A stretch of 64,000 nt of DNA from Macrostomum lignano. Its lineage: Eukaryota. The notes under the pieces were generated by a model, which did not search any database, was not told the origin of the DNA, and worked only from the letters and a program-made list of their open reading frames with translations. Where the stretch lies: NCBI GenBank assembly GCA_002269645.1, contig NIVC01000292.1, positions 186,001 through 250,000 of the forward strand, read 5' to 3'. Below, in pieces: positions 40,208 through 52,339 of this stretch; position 1 is the stretch's first letter; every line of letters starts with the position of its first letter. The position numbers and the translations under genes are program-made.

Positions 40208-41456
40208 CCGCGACTCGCCGCCCTGGAGCTGGTCGCTTCGGTCGCCATGGCAGCGGCCTGTTTGTCTGCGCCGGCGGCCGCCTCGGAGCCGGAGGAGGCC
40301 ACGGCCAGCGCGAAGCTCCGCCTGCTGTCGCTGCCGCCCGACGATCGGACAGCGGCCGCCGGCCTTGACGCCTGCCTTCGGGCCGAGCCGCGGCTGAGCT
40401 GCGTCTGGACTCTGATGCTGGCCGGCGGAGGCGGGTTGCGCTCCCTCAGGTGCCACAACGACGGGGCGCTGAGTTGCCGGTCCGATGCAGCGCACTCGGA
40501 GCCGACTGGGTGAGTCTTACAGGCTCTACTACAGAATCTGACAGGCTCTACTACAGAATTTGACAGGCTCTACTACAGAATCTGACAGTTTCTACTACAG
40601 AATCTGACAGGCTCTACTACAGAATCTGACAGGCTCTACTACAGAATCTGACAGGTTCTACTACAGAATCTGACAGGTTCTACTACAGAATCTGACAGGC
40701 TCTACTACAGAATCTGACAGTTTCTACTACAGAATCTGACAGTTTCTACTACAGAATCTGACAGTTTCTACTACAGAATCTGACAGGTTCTACTACAGAT
40801 TCTGACAGGCTCTACTACAGAATTTGACAGGCTCTACTACAGAATCTGACAGGCTCTACTACAGAATTTGACAAGCTCTACTACAGAATCACAGCACCAT
40901 CGCCCATTGAATTACCCGCAGCTCCTCAGCCTCCTGCGGCGGCTGTCCCGACTGCCTGAAACTATTCAGAGACATCAGCGGCGACAGCGGCGCCGACCTG
41001 AAAGTCGGCTGTCTGTGCTCCTGCGCCCCGGCCGAAGCCGGTGACCCCCCGGCCAACCGGACCTACCCGTGCGGCGCCGACCCGGCTGGCGCCTGCGGCT
41101 CCGGACAGCAGCTGTCTGAGGAGGAGGCGCCAGCGCAGAGCAGCTACCTGCTTGTGGGCCCCCTGGCCGGCCTGGCCGTCATGGCCGCCATCGGCTTCCT
41201 GGTGCTGCGCCGAAACCACATCTGCCGGAGCACAGACCCGCCCCGCATCACCGGCCAGATTGAGTTCGCCTTTTCCGCTGAGCAACAGCAGCCTCGCCAG
41301 TCTGTGGGCTCCGATCGGAGCGGCGGCGGCGGCGGCGGCGGGCGGAGGGAGAGCTGCACCAGGTGCGGCGCAGTGCGAGTTGAGGTCACCGGCCCGGACT
41401 CCGCTGCCGAGGAAGCGGCGCAGGAGCTGATGGAGCCGGCTGAGAAGCTGGGATGA
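40208..41456 (+). CDS. Uncharacterised type I membrane protein with a Cys-rich ectodomain, 2 exons (about 265-279 aa)
   Basis: Exon 40208-40509 follows a tttttgttgccag acceptor and ends GG|GTGAGT. Exon 40922-41456 is phase-2 compatible. The N-terminus is hydrophobic (PRLAALELVASVAMAAACLSA), there are 12 ectodomain Cys and an NRT sequon, and the TM segment YLLVGPLAGLAVMAAIGFLVL is followed by RR. The first in-frame ATG is at 40247. Confidence 0.72.
40520..40890. repeat. 22-bp minisatellite filling the intron of the type I membrane protein gene
   Basis: Unit ggctctactacagaatctgaca. Confidence 0.95.
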
Positions 41457-41485
41457 ATATTTCCAAGTGTTTGCTTATTATATTA

Positions 41486-41955
41486 CTGGAGTGCCAGCCT
41501 CTGTTCTGCATCACTCCTTCACTAGGGAACACTGGAGTGCCAGCCTCTGTTCTGCATCACTCCTTCAGTAGGGAACACTGGAGTGCCAGCCTCTGTTTTG
41601 CATCACTCCTTCACTAGGGAACACTGGAGTGCCAGCCTCTGTTCTGCATCACTCCTTCAGTAGGGAACACTGGAGTGCCAGCCTCTGTTCTGCATCACTC
41701 CTTCACTAGGGAACACTGGAGTGCCAGCCTCTGTTCTGCATCACTCCTTCACTAGGGAACACTGGAGTGCCAGCCTCTGTTCTGCATCACTCCTTCACTA
41801 GGGAACACTGGAGTGCCAGCCTCTGTTATGCATCACTCCTTCACTAGGGAACACTGGAGTGCCAGCCTCTGTTCTGCATCACTCCTTCACTAGGGAACAC
41901 TGGAGTGCCAGCCTCTGTTCTGCATCACTCCTTCACTAGGGAACACTGGAGTGCC
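41486..41955. repeat. 46-bp minisatellite, about 10 copies
   Basis: Unit ctggagtgccagcctctgttctgcatcactccttcactagggaaca with period 46. No spacers. Confidence 0.95.
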
Positions 41956-42300
41956 GTAGCCCAAGGTCAAGCGCGGCGCTCTGATGTGCCAGCGGCCCAG
42001 GCTCGATTCCAAGTGCAGTGACATTAATTTGGGGTCAAAATTGGAATCTCGGCTTGGCTCTGCTCGTGCAATTAACACCCTTGAAGGCCAACCCCCAAGG
42101 CACAGTGAAGTGTACATGCCTAACGATAAATAAAGTAGGGCCGCTGTACACTGTATCCTTGCGCTTGCTCAGGGGGGGGGCAGTAATGCCTCTCGCCGGT
42201 TGTGAGACAATGTCGGTTAGAGTGCGCCAGGGCGCATCCAGTGTCCCCGCATTTCTCCTCAGTAGTGAGTAGCGCATGCTTTATGCCAGCTGTTGTTCTT
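41951..42300 (+). mobile_element. Probable tRNA-derived SINE
   Basis: The head has A-box-like TAGCCCAAGG and B-box-like GGCTCGATTCC at tRNA-like spacing. The right boundary is approximate. Confidence 0.45.
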
Positions 42301-42764
42301 GACAGTAAGCCGAGTCCGTATTATCGCAGCTATATTTATTATTAATAGATGGATAAATTCGATATGCATTTTGCTTGTAATTGATGCCACAGAACTTTAA
42401 TAATATAAAATGTTTATTCAAATCATTCTTAATGAATTTTTATTACCGCTGCTATCATATTAATGTACATACAGAACTCACTGTGCTCACCTCAGCGCGG
42501 GCTCTAGTCATACCCGGACCTTTTTGTCACCGTTTTATCAATCTATCCGTTGTACCGCTTCTGTCTTATTTTATCAATTTGCGATTTTTGTTTTTACTCC
42601 CGCGATTCCTGCGCATGCGAGTCCCGTTTTAATCGAAAATTTATAAAATATATACAAGCAGCGCACACAATAGCAACCATTGCTTCACACAGACAGCTCT
42701 TCTCCCCGCATTGGCGGGCTGCAACCAATCCTATTGTCTCCGCTTACGCATTCATGGGGATTTT

Positions 42765-45700
42765 GATTTATGAGAATTCTTGTGAGATTTAAGAATTCTT
42801 TTGAGATTTATGAGAACTATTGTGAGATTTATGAGAATTCTTGTGAGATTTATGAGAATTCTTGTGAGATTTATGAGAATTCTTGTGAGATTTATGAGAA
42901 TTCTTGTGAGATTTATGAGATGCTTGTGAGATTTAAGAATTCTTTTGAGATTTATGAGATGCTTGGGAGATTTATGAGAGTTCTTGTGAGATTTATGAGA
43001 ATTCTTGTGAGATTTATGAGAATTCTTGTGAGATTTATGAGAATTCTTGTGAGAATTAGAAGAAATCTTGTGTGATTTATGAGAATCCCTGTGAGAATTA
43101 TGAGAGTTCTTGTGAGATTTATGAGAATTCTTGTGTGATTTATGAGAATTCTTGTGTGATTTATGAGAATTCTTGTGAGATTTATGAGAATTCTTGTGAG
43201 ATTTATGAGAATTCTTGTGTGATTTATGAGAATTCTTGTGTGATTTATGAGAATTCTTGTGAGATTTATGAGAATTATTGTGTTATTTATGAGAATTCTT
43301 GTGTGATTTATGAGAATCCCTGTGAGATTTATGAGAGTTCTTGTGACATTTATGAGAATTCTTGTGAGATTTATGAGAATTCTTGTGAGATTTATGAGAT
43401 TCTTGTGAGATTTATAAGAATTCTTGTGAGATTTATGAGAATTGTTGTGTGATTTATGAGAATTCTTGTGTGATTTATGAGAATCCCTGTGAGATTTATG
43501 AGAATTCTTGTAAGATTTATGAGAATTCTTGGTTGATTAATGAGAATTCTTGTGAGATTTATGAGAATTATTGTGAGATTTATGAGAATTCTTGTGCGAT
43601 TTACATGTATGAGAATTCTTTGTTTATTTATGAGAATTCTGGTAGATTTATGAGAATTCTTGTGTGATTTATGAGAATTCTTGTGAGATTTATGAGAAGT
43701 CTTGTGAGATTTGAGAATTCTTTTGAGATTTATGAGAATCCTTGTGTGATTTATGAGAATTCTTGTGAGATTTATGAGAATTCTTGTGCGATTTACATGT
43801 ATGAGAATTATTTGTTTATTTATGAGAATTCTGGGAGATTTATGAGAATTCTTGTGTGATTTATGAGAATTCTTGTGTGATTTATGGGAATTCTTGTGAG
43901 ATTTATGAGAATTCTTGTGAGATTTATGGAATTCTTGTGTGATTTATGAGAATTCTTGTGAGATTTATGAGAATTATTGTGTTATTTATGAGAATTCTTG
44001 TGTGATTTATGAGAATCCCTGTGAGATTTATGAGAATTCTTGTGAGATTTAGAAGAATTCTTGTGATTTATGAGAATCCCTGTGAGATTTATGAGAATTC
44101 TTGGTTGATTTATGAGAATTCTTGTGAGATTTATGAGAATTCTTGTGTGATTTATGAGAATCCCTGTGAGATTTATGAGAATTCTTGGTTGATTTATGAG
44201 AATTCTTGTGAGATTTATGAGATTCTTGTGAGATTTATAAGAATTCTTGTGAGATTTATGAGAATTCTTGGTTGATTAATGAGAATTCTTGTGAGATTTA
44301 TGAGAATTCTTGTGAGATTTATGAGAATTCTTGGTTGATTTATGAGAATTCTTGTGAGATTTATGAGAATTCTTGTGCGATTTGTGAGATTTATGAGATT
44401 CTTGTGAGATTTGAGAATTCTTTTGAGATTTATGAGAATCCTTGTGTGATTTATGAGAATTCTTGTGAGATTTATGAGAATTCTTGTTCGATTTACATGT
44501 ATGAGAATTCTTTGTTTATTTATGAGAATTCTGGGAGATTTATGAGAATTCTTGTGTGATTTATGAGAATTCTTGTGTGATTTATGGGAATTCTTGTGAG
44601 ATTTTTGAGAATTCTTGTGAGATTTATGAGAATTCTTGTGTGATTTATGAGAATTCTTGTGAGATTTATGAGAATTCCTGGTTGATTTATGAGAATTCTT
44701 AGGAGATTTATGAGAATTCTTGTGAGATTTAAGAGAATTATTGTGAGATTTATAAGATGCTTGTGAGATTTATGAGAATTCTTGTTGAAATTTATGAGAA
44801 TTCTTTTGAGATTAATGAGAATCCTTGTGAGATTTATGAGATGCTTGTGTGATTTATGAGAATTCTTGGGAGATTTATGAGAATTCTTGTGAGATTTATG
44901 AGAATTCTTGTGAGATTTATGAGAATTCTTGTGAGATTTATGAGATGCTTGTGAGATTTAAGAATTCTTTTGAGATTTATGAGATGCTTGGGAGATTTAT
45001 GAGAGTTCTTGTGAGATTTATGAGAATTCTTGTGAGATTTATGAGAATTCTTGTGAGATTTATGAGAATTCTTGTGAGAATTAGAAGAAATCTTGTGTGA
45101 TTTATGAGAATCCCTGTGAGAATTATGAGAGTTCTTGTGAGATTTATGAGAATTCTTGTGTGATTTATGAGAATTCTTGTGTGATTTATGAGAATCCCTG
45201 TGAGATTTATGAGAGTTCTTGTGACATTTATGAGAATTCTTGTGAGATTTATGAGAATTCTTGTGAGATTTATGAGATTCTTGTGAGATTTATAAGAATT
45301 CTTGTGAGATTTATGAGAATTGTTGTGTGATTTATGAGAATTCTTGTGTGATTTATGAGAATCCCTGTGAGATTTATGAGAATTCTTGTAAGATTTATGA
45401 GAATTCTTGGTTGATTAATGAGAATTCTTGTGAGATTTATGAGAATTATTGTGAGATTTATGAGAATTCTTGTGCGATTTACATGTATGAGAATTCTTTG
45501 TTTATTTATGAGAATTCTGGTAGATTTATGAGAATTCTTGTGTGATTTATGAGAATTCTTGTGAGATTTATGAGAAGTCTTGTGAGATTTGAGAATTCTT
45601 TTGAGATTTATGAGAATCCTTGTGTGATTTATGAGAATTCTTGTGAGATTTATGAGAATTCTTGTGCGATTTACATGTATGAGAATTATTTGTTTATTTA

Positions 45701-48700
45701 TGAGAATTCTGGGAGATTTATGAGAATTCTTGTGTGATTTATGAGAATTCTTGTGTGATTTATGGGAATTCTTGTGAGATTTATGAGAATTCTTGTGAGA
45801 TTTATGGGAATTCTTGTGTGATTTATGAGAATTCTTGTGAGATTTATGAGAATTATTGTGTTATTTATGAGAATTCTTGTGTGATTTATGAGAATCCCTG
45901 TGAGATTTATGAGAATTCTTGTGAGATTTAGAAGAATTCTTGTGATTTATGAGAATCCCTGTGAGATTTATGAGAATTCTTGGTTGATTTATGAGAATTC
46001 TTGTGAGATTTATGAGAATTCTTGTGTGATTTATGAGAATCCCTGTGAGATTTATGAGAATTCTTGGTTGATTTATGAGAATTCTTGTGAGATTTATGAG
46101 ATTCTTGTGAGATTTATGAGAATTCTTGTGAGATTTATGAGAAGTCTTGTGAGATTTGAGAATTCTTTTGAGATTTATGAGAATCCTTGTGTGATTTATG
46201 AGAATTCTTGTGAGATTTATGAGAATTCTTGTGCGATTTACATGTATGAGAATTATTTGTTTATTTATGAGAATTCTGGGAGATTTATGAGAATTCTTGT
46301 GTGATTTATGAGAATTCTTGTGTGATTTATGGAATTCTTGTGAGATTTATGAGAATTCTTGTGAGATTTATGGGAATTCTTGTGTGATTTATGAGAATTC
46401 TTGTGAGATTTATGAGAATTATTGTGTTATTTATGAGAATTCTTGTGTGATTTATGAGAATCCCTGTGAGATTTATGAGAATTCTTGTGAGATTTAGAAG
46501 AATTCTTGTGATTTATGAGAATCCCTGTGAGATTTATGAGAATTCTTGGTTGATTTATGAGAATTCTTGTGAGATTTATGAGAATTCTTGTGTGATTTAT
46601 GAGAATCCCTGTGAGATTTATGAGAATTCTTGGTTGATTTATGAGAATTCTTGTGAGATTTATGAGATTCTTGTGAGATTTATAAGAATTCTTGTGAGAT
46701 TTATGAGAATTCTTGGTTGATTAATGAGAATTCTTGTGAGATTTATGAGAATTCTTGTGAGATTTATGAGAATTCTTGGTTGATTTATGAGAATTCTTGT
46801 GAGATTTATGAGAATTCTTGTGCGATTTGTGAGATTTATGAGATTCTTGTGAGATTTCTGAGAATACTTGTGTGATTTATGGGAATTCTTGTGAGATTTA
46901 TGAGAAGTCTTGTGAGATTTGAGAATTCTTTTGAGATTTATGAGAATCCTTGTGTGATTTATGAGAATTCTTGTGAGATTTATGAGAATTCTTGTTCGAT
47001 TTACATGTATGAGAATTCTTTGTTTATTTATGAGAATTCTGGGAGATTTATGAGAATTCTTGTGTGATTTATGAGAATTCTTGTGTGATTTATGGGAATT
47101 CTTGTGAGATTTTTGAGAATTCTTGTGAGATTTATGAGAATTCTTGTGTGATTTATGAGAATTCTTGTGAGATTTATGAGAATTCCTGGTTGATTTATGA
47201 GAATTCTTAGGAGATTTATGAGAATTCTTGTGAGATTTAAGAGAATTATTGTGAGATTTATAAGATGCTTGTGAGATTTATGAGAATTCTTGTTGAGATT
47301 TATGAGAATTCTTTTGAGATTAATGAGAATCCTTGTGAGATTTATGAGATGCTTGTGTGATTTATGAGAATTCTTGGGAGATTTATGAGAATTCTTGTGA
47401 GATTTATGAGAATTCTTGTGAGATTTATGAGAATTCTTGTGAGATTTATGAGATGCTTGTGAGATTTAAGAATTCTTTTGAGATTTATGAGATGCTTGGG
47501 AGATTTATGAGAGTTCTTGTGAGATTTATGAGAATTCTTGTGAGATTTATGAGAATTCTTGTGAGATTTATGAGAATTCTTGTGAGAATTAGAAGAAATC
47601 TTGTGTGATTTATGAGAATCCCTGTGAGAATTATGAGAGTTCTTGTGAGATTTATGAGAATTCTTGTGTGATTTATGAGAATTCTTGTGTGATTTATGAG
47701 AATCCCTGTGAGATTTATGAGAGTTCTTGTGACATTTATGAGAATTCTTGTGAGATTTATGAGAATTCTTGTGAGATTTATGAGATTCTTGTGAGATTTA
47801 TAAGAATTCTTGTGAGATTTATGAGAATTGTTGTGTGATTTATGAGAATTCTTGTGTGATTTATGAGAATCCCTGTGAGATTTATGAGAATTCTTGTAAG
47901 ATTTATGAGAATTCTTGGTTGATTAATGAGAATTCTTGTGAGATTTATGAGAATTATTGTGAGATTTATGAGAATTCTTGTGCGATTTACATGTATGAGA
48001 ATTCTTTGTTTATTTATGAGAATTCTGGTAGATTTATGAGAATTCTTGTGTGATTTATGAGAATTCTTGTGAGATTTATGAGAAGTCTTGTGAGATTTGA
48101 GAATTCTTTTGAGATTTATGAGAATCCTTGTGTGATTTATGAGAATTCTTGTGAGATTTATGAGAATTCTTGTGCGATTTACATGTATGAGAATTATTTG
48201 TTTATTTATGAGAATTCTGGGAGATTTATGAGAATTCTTGTGTGATTTATGAGAATTCTTGTGTGATTTATGGGAATTCTTGTGAGATTTATGAGAATTC
48301 TTGTGAGATTTATGGGAATTCTTGTGTGATTTATGAGAATTCTTGTGAGATTTATGAGAATTATTGTGTTATTTATGAGAATTCTTGTGTGATTTATGAG
48401 AATCCCTGTGAGATTTATGAGAATTCTTGTGAGATTTAGAAGAATTCTTGTGATTTATGAGAATCCCTGTGAGATTTATGAGAATTCTTGGTTGATTTAT
48501 GAGAATTCTTGTGAGATTTATGAGAATTCTTGTGTGATTTATGAGAATCCCTGTGAGATTTATGAGAATTCTTGGTTGATTTATGAGAATTCTTGTGAGA
48601 TTTATGAGATTCTTGTGAGATTTATAAGAATTCTTGTGAGATTTATGAGAATTCTTGGTTGATTAATGAGAATTCTTGTGAGATTTATGAGAATTCTTGT

Positions 48701-49535
48701 GAGATTTATGAGAATTCTTGGTTGATTTATGAGAATTCTTGTGAGATTTATGAGAATTCTTGTGCGATTTGTGAGATTTATGAGATTCTTGTGAGATTTC
48801 TGAGAATACTTGTGTGATTTATGGGAATTCTTGTGAGATTTATGAGAAGTCTTGTGAGATTTGAGAATTCTTTTGAGATTTATGAGAATCCTTGTGTGAT
48901 TTATGAGAATTCTTGTGAGATTTATGAGAATTCTTGTTCGATTTACATGTATGAGAATTCTTTGTTTATTTATGAGAATTCTGGGAGATTTATGAGAATT
49001 CTTGTGTGATTTATGAGAATTCTTGTGTGATTTATGGGAATTCTTGTGAGATTTTTGAGAATTCTTGTGAGATTTATGAGAATTCTTGTGTGATTTATGA
49101 GAATTCTTGTGAGATTTATGAGAATTCCTGGTTGATTTATGAGAATTCTTAGGAGATTTATGAGAATTCTTGTGAGATTTAAGAGAATTATTGTGAGATT
49201 TATAAGATGCTTGTGAGATTTATGAGAATTCTTGTTGAGATTTATGAGAATTCTTTTGAGATTAATGAGAATCCTTGTGAGATTTATGAGATGCTTGTGT
49301 GATTTATGAGAATTCTTGGGAGATTTATGAGAATTCTTGTGAGATTTATGAGAATTCTTGTGAGATTTATGAGAATTATTGTGTGATTTATGAGAATTAT
49401 TGTGTGATTTATGAGAATTCTAGTGAGATTTATGAGAATTCTTGTGAGATTTATGAGAATTCTTGGTTGCTTTATGAGAATTATTGTGTGATTTATGAGA
49501 ATTATTGTGTGATTTATGAGAATTCTTGTGAGATT
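42765..49535. repeat. 6.8-kb 21-bp satellite (gagatttatgagaattcttgt, contains an EcoRI site) with higher-order structure
   Basis: Monomer period is 21. The variant marker acatgt recurs at 43603, 43795, 44495, 45481, 45673, 46240, 47003, 47989, 48181 and 48945, giving spacings of 1878, 2508, 1942 and about 567. Confidence 0.97.
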
Positions 49536-49621
49536 CGGAGACAGTCAAGTCTGTGGACGGATTCACAGCATACCGCTCCTCAGCAGCCGCCCCACCCTCC
49601 AGTTGCAGCCCCCATCAGGTC

Positions 49622-52074
49622 ATGAGCGATGAGCTGTACTTCTATGACGACCGGGCGGACTCTGCGGTCACCGGCCGTCGCTGCCGCGTCAACGGCCGCC
49701 TGCTGACTGCGGGCGCCGGCACTTCCGCGGCCGGAGCTCCGGTCGTCCTCCTGGGCCGGGTGGCCTCCATCAGCAGCGACTCGCCAACCGGCAGCCGCTG
49801 GACGGTGACCGCCTCCGACTCCGTGGAGGTTCGGGTCGCCTTCGCCAGAGGCGCCACGGCGCCTGAGGTTGCGCCCGGGCAGCTGGTGGAGATCGTGGGG
49901 CTGGTGGCGTCCGGCCCGAGTGCCAGGTGCGTTCTGGGAGTGCGGAGACCACCTTGCCTTGCCGCCCTCCCAGATCTTCGGTTGCTAGGCTACCGCCACC
50001 CTCCAGTTCCCTAGTTGCTGGGCCGCCCTCCCAGATCCTCAGTTGCTGGGCCGCCCTCCCAGATCCCCAGTTGCTGGGCCAGCCTCCCAGATCCCCAGTT
50101 GCTGGGCCGCCCTCCCAGATCCCCAGTTGCTGGGCAAGCCTCCCAGATCCCCAGTTGCTGGGCCGCCCTCCCAGATCCCCAGTTGCTGGGCAAGCCTCCC
50201 AGATCCCCAGTTGCTGGGCCAGCCTCCCAGATCCCCAGTTGCTGGGCCGCCCTCCCAGATCCCCAGTTGCTGGGCAAGCCTCCCAGATCCCCAGTTGCTG
50301 GGCCAGCCTCCCAGATCCCCAGTTGCTGGGCCGCCCTCCCAGATCCCCAGTTGCTGGGCAAGCCTCCCAGATCCCCAGTTGCTGGGCCAGCCTCCCAGAT
50401 CCCCAGTTGCTGGGCCGCCCTCCCAGATCCCCAGTTGCTGGGCAAGCCTCCCAGATCCCCAGTTGCTGGGCCAGCCTCCCAGATCCCCAGTTGCTGGGCC
50501 GCCCTCCCAGATCCCCAGTTGCTGGGCAAGCCTCCCAGATCCCCAGTTGCTGGGCCAGCCTCCCAGATCCCCAGTTGCTGGGCCAGCCTCCCAGATCCCC
50601 AGTTGCTGGGCCAGCCTCCCAGATCCCCAGTTGCTGGGCCAGCCTCCCAGATCCCCAGTTGCTGGGCCAGCCTCCCAGATCCCCAGTTTCTGGGCAAGCC
50701 TCCCAGATCCCCAGTTGCTGGGCCAGCCTCCCAGATCCCCAGTTGCTGGGCAAGCCTCCCAGATCCCCAGTTGCTGGGCCAGCCTCCCAGATCCCCAGTT
50801 GCTGGGCCAGCCTCCCAGATCCCCAGTTGCTGGGCCAGCCTCCCAGATCCCCAGTTGCTGGGCCAGCCTCCCAGATCCCCAGTTGCTGGGCAAGCCTCCC
50901 AGATCCCCAGTTGCTGGGCAAGCCTCCCAGATCCCCAGTTGCTGGGCCGCCCTCCCAGATCCCCAGTTGCTGGGCCAGCCTCCCAGATCCCCAGTTGCTG
51001 GGCCAGCCTCCCAGATCCCCAGTTGCTGGGCCAGCCTCCCAGATCCCCAGTTGCTGGGCCAGCCTCCCAGATCCCCAGTTGCTGGGCCGCCCTCCCAGAT
51101 CCCCAGTTGCTGGGCAAGCCTCCCAGATCCCCAGTTGCTGGGCCAGCCTCCCAGATCCCCAGTTGCTGGGCCGCCCTCCCAGATCCCCAGTTGCTGGGCC
51201 AGCCTCCCAGATCCCCAGTTGCTGGGCCAGCCTCCCAGATCCCCAGTTGCTGGGCCAGCCTCCCAGATCCCCAGTTGCTGGGCCAGCCTCCCAGATCCCC
51301 AGTTTCTGGGCAAGCCTCCCAGATCCCCAGTTGCTGGGCCAGCCTCCCAGATCCCCAGTTGCTGGGCAAGCCTCCCAGATCCCCAGTTGCTGGGCCAGCC
51401 TCCCAGATCCCCAGTTGCTGGGCCAGCCTCCCAGATCCCAGTTGCTGGGCCAGCCTCCCAGATCCCCAGTTGCTGGGCCAGCCTCCCAGATCCCCAGTTG
51501 CTGGGCAAGCCTCCCAGATCCCCAGTTGCTGGGCCAGCCTCCCAGATCCCCAGTTGCTGGGCCGCCCTCCCAGATCCCCAGTTGCTGGGCCAGCCTCCCA
51601 GATCCCCAGTTGCTGGGCCAGCCTCCCAGATCCCCAGTTGCTGGGCCAGCCTCCCAGATCCCCAGTTGCTGGGCCAGCCTCCCAGATCCCCAGTTGCTGG
51701 GCCGCCCTCCCAGATCCCCAGTTGCTGGGCAAGCCTCCCAGATCCCCAGTTGCTGGGCCAGCCTCCCAGATCCCCAGTTGCTGGGCCGCCCTCCCAGATC
51801 CCCAGTTGCTGGGCAAGCCTCCCAGATCCCCAGTTGCTGGGCCAGCCTCCCAGATCCCCAGTTGCTGGGCAAGCCTCCCAGATCCCATAAGCCCATCTAT
51901 CCCAGCTTAGCCAGTTCATCAGCCCCGCCCGCCTCTGCCCGCAGTCCGGAGATCCGAGTCACAGAGTCGGCCACGGTGTTCTCCGACTCGCAGAGCTCCA
52001 GCTTCGACATGGACTTGTACAACTCGGCCGTCGAGATCACGGAGAGGCTGCCCCGGTGTTACTATACCCAGTAG
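49622..52074 (+). CDS. RPA3: Replication protein A 14-kDa subunit (OB fold), 144 aa, 2 exons
   Basis: Exons 49622-49926 (AG|GTGCGT) and 51945-52074 (ccgcag|), phase 2. RVNGRLL, VVLLGRV, VEIVGLV and FDMDLYNSAVEITERLPRCY match RPA3 motifs RINAGML, VCFVGRL, VEVVGRV and FDLGLYNEAVKII. Confidence 0.92.
49950..51895. repeat. 28-bp minisatellite filling the RPA3 intron, about 69 copies
   Basis: Unit cccagatccccagttgctgggccagcct. It has no stop codons, which explains the spurious 600-700 aa ORFs in all six frames. Confidence 0.97.
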
Positions 52075-52339
52075 ACTTGATGAGATTGCACGTGACTGGC
52101 TATCGAAAAGAAACCGAACAATCCGTTTACGTCTGTTTTGAAACTAAATACAAGCTAATTGCATTTCTGTAAATGCTGTCTTCTTATTTTAAACTTTTCA
52201 GATCGAATACTTGTTGTTAAGCGAAGTTCCAGATAACTGCAAAATATAGCCGAGTTTTTGAGCCCAGTTTGAATGAATGACCTAAATTGTCACTGCTTTT
52301 GTGAGTTGTTCTCTAAGATTCTTATTGAAACCGAGCTCA

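Noticed and set aside
42770-49625. IYENSCE-repeat ORFs
   Set aside because: Short in-register translations of the 21-bp satellite, with frequent frameshifts.
49770-52074. 600-715 aa ORFs on both strands
   Set aside because: Read-through of the 28-bp repeat filling the RPA3 intron. Only 51945-52074 is a real exon.
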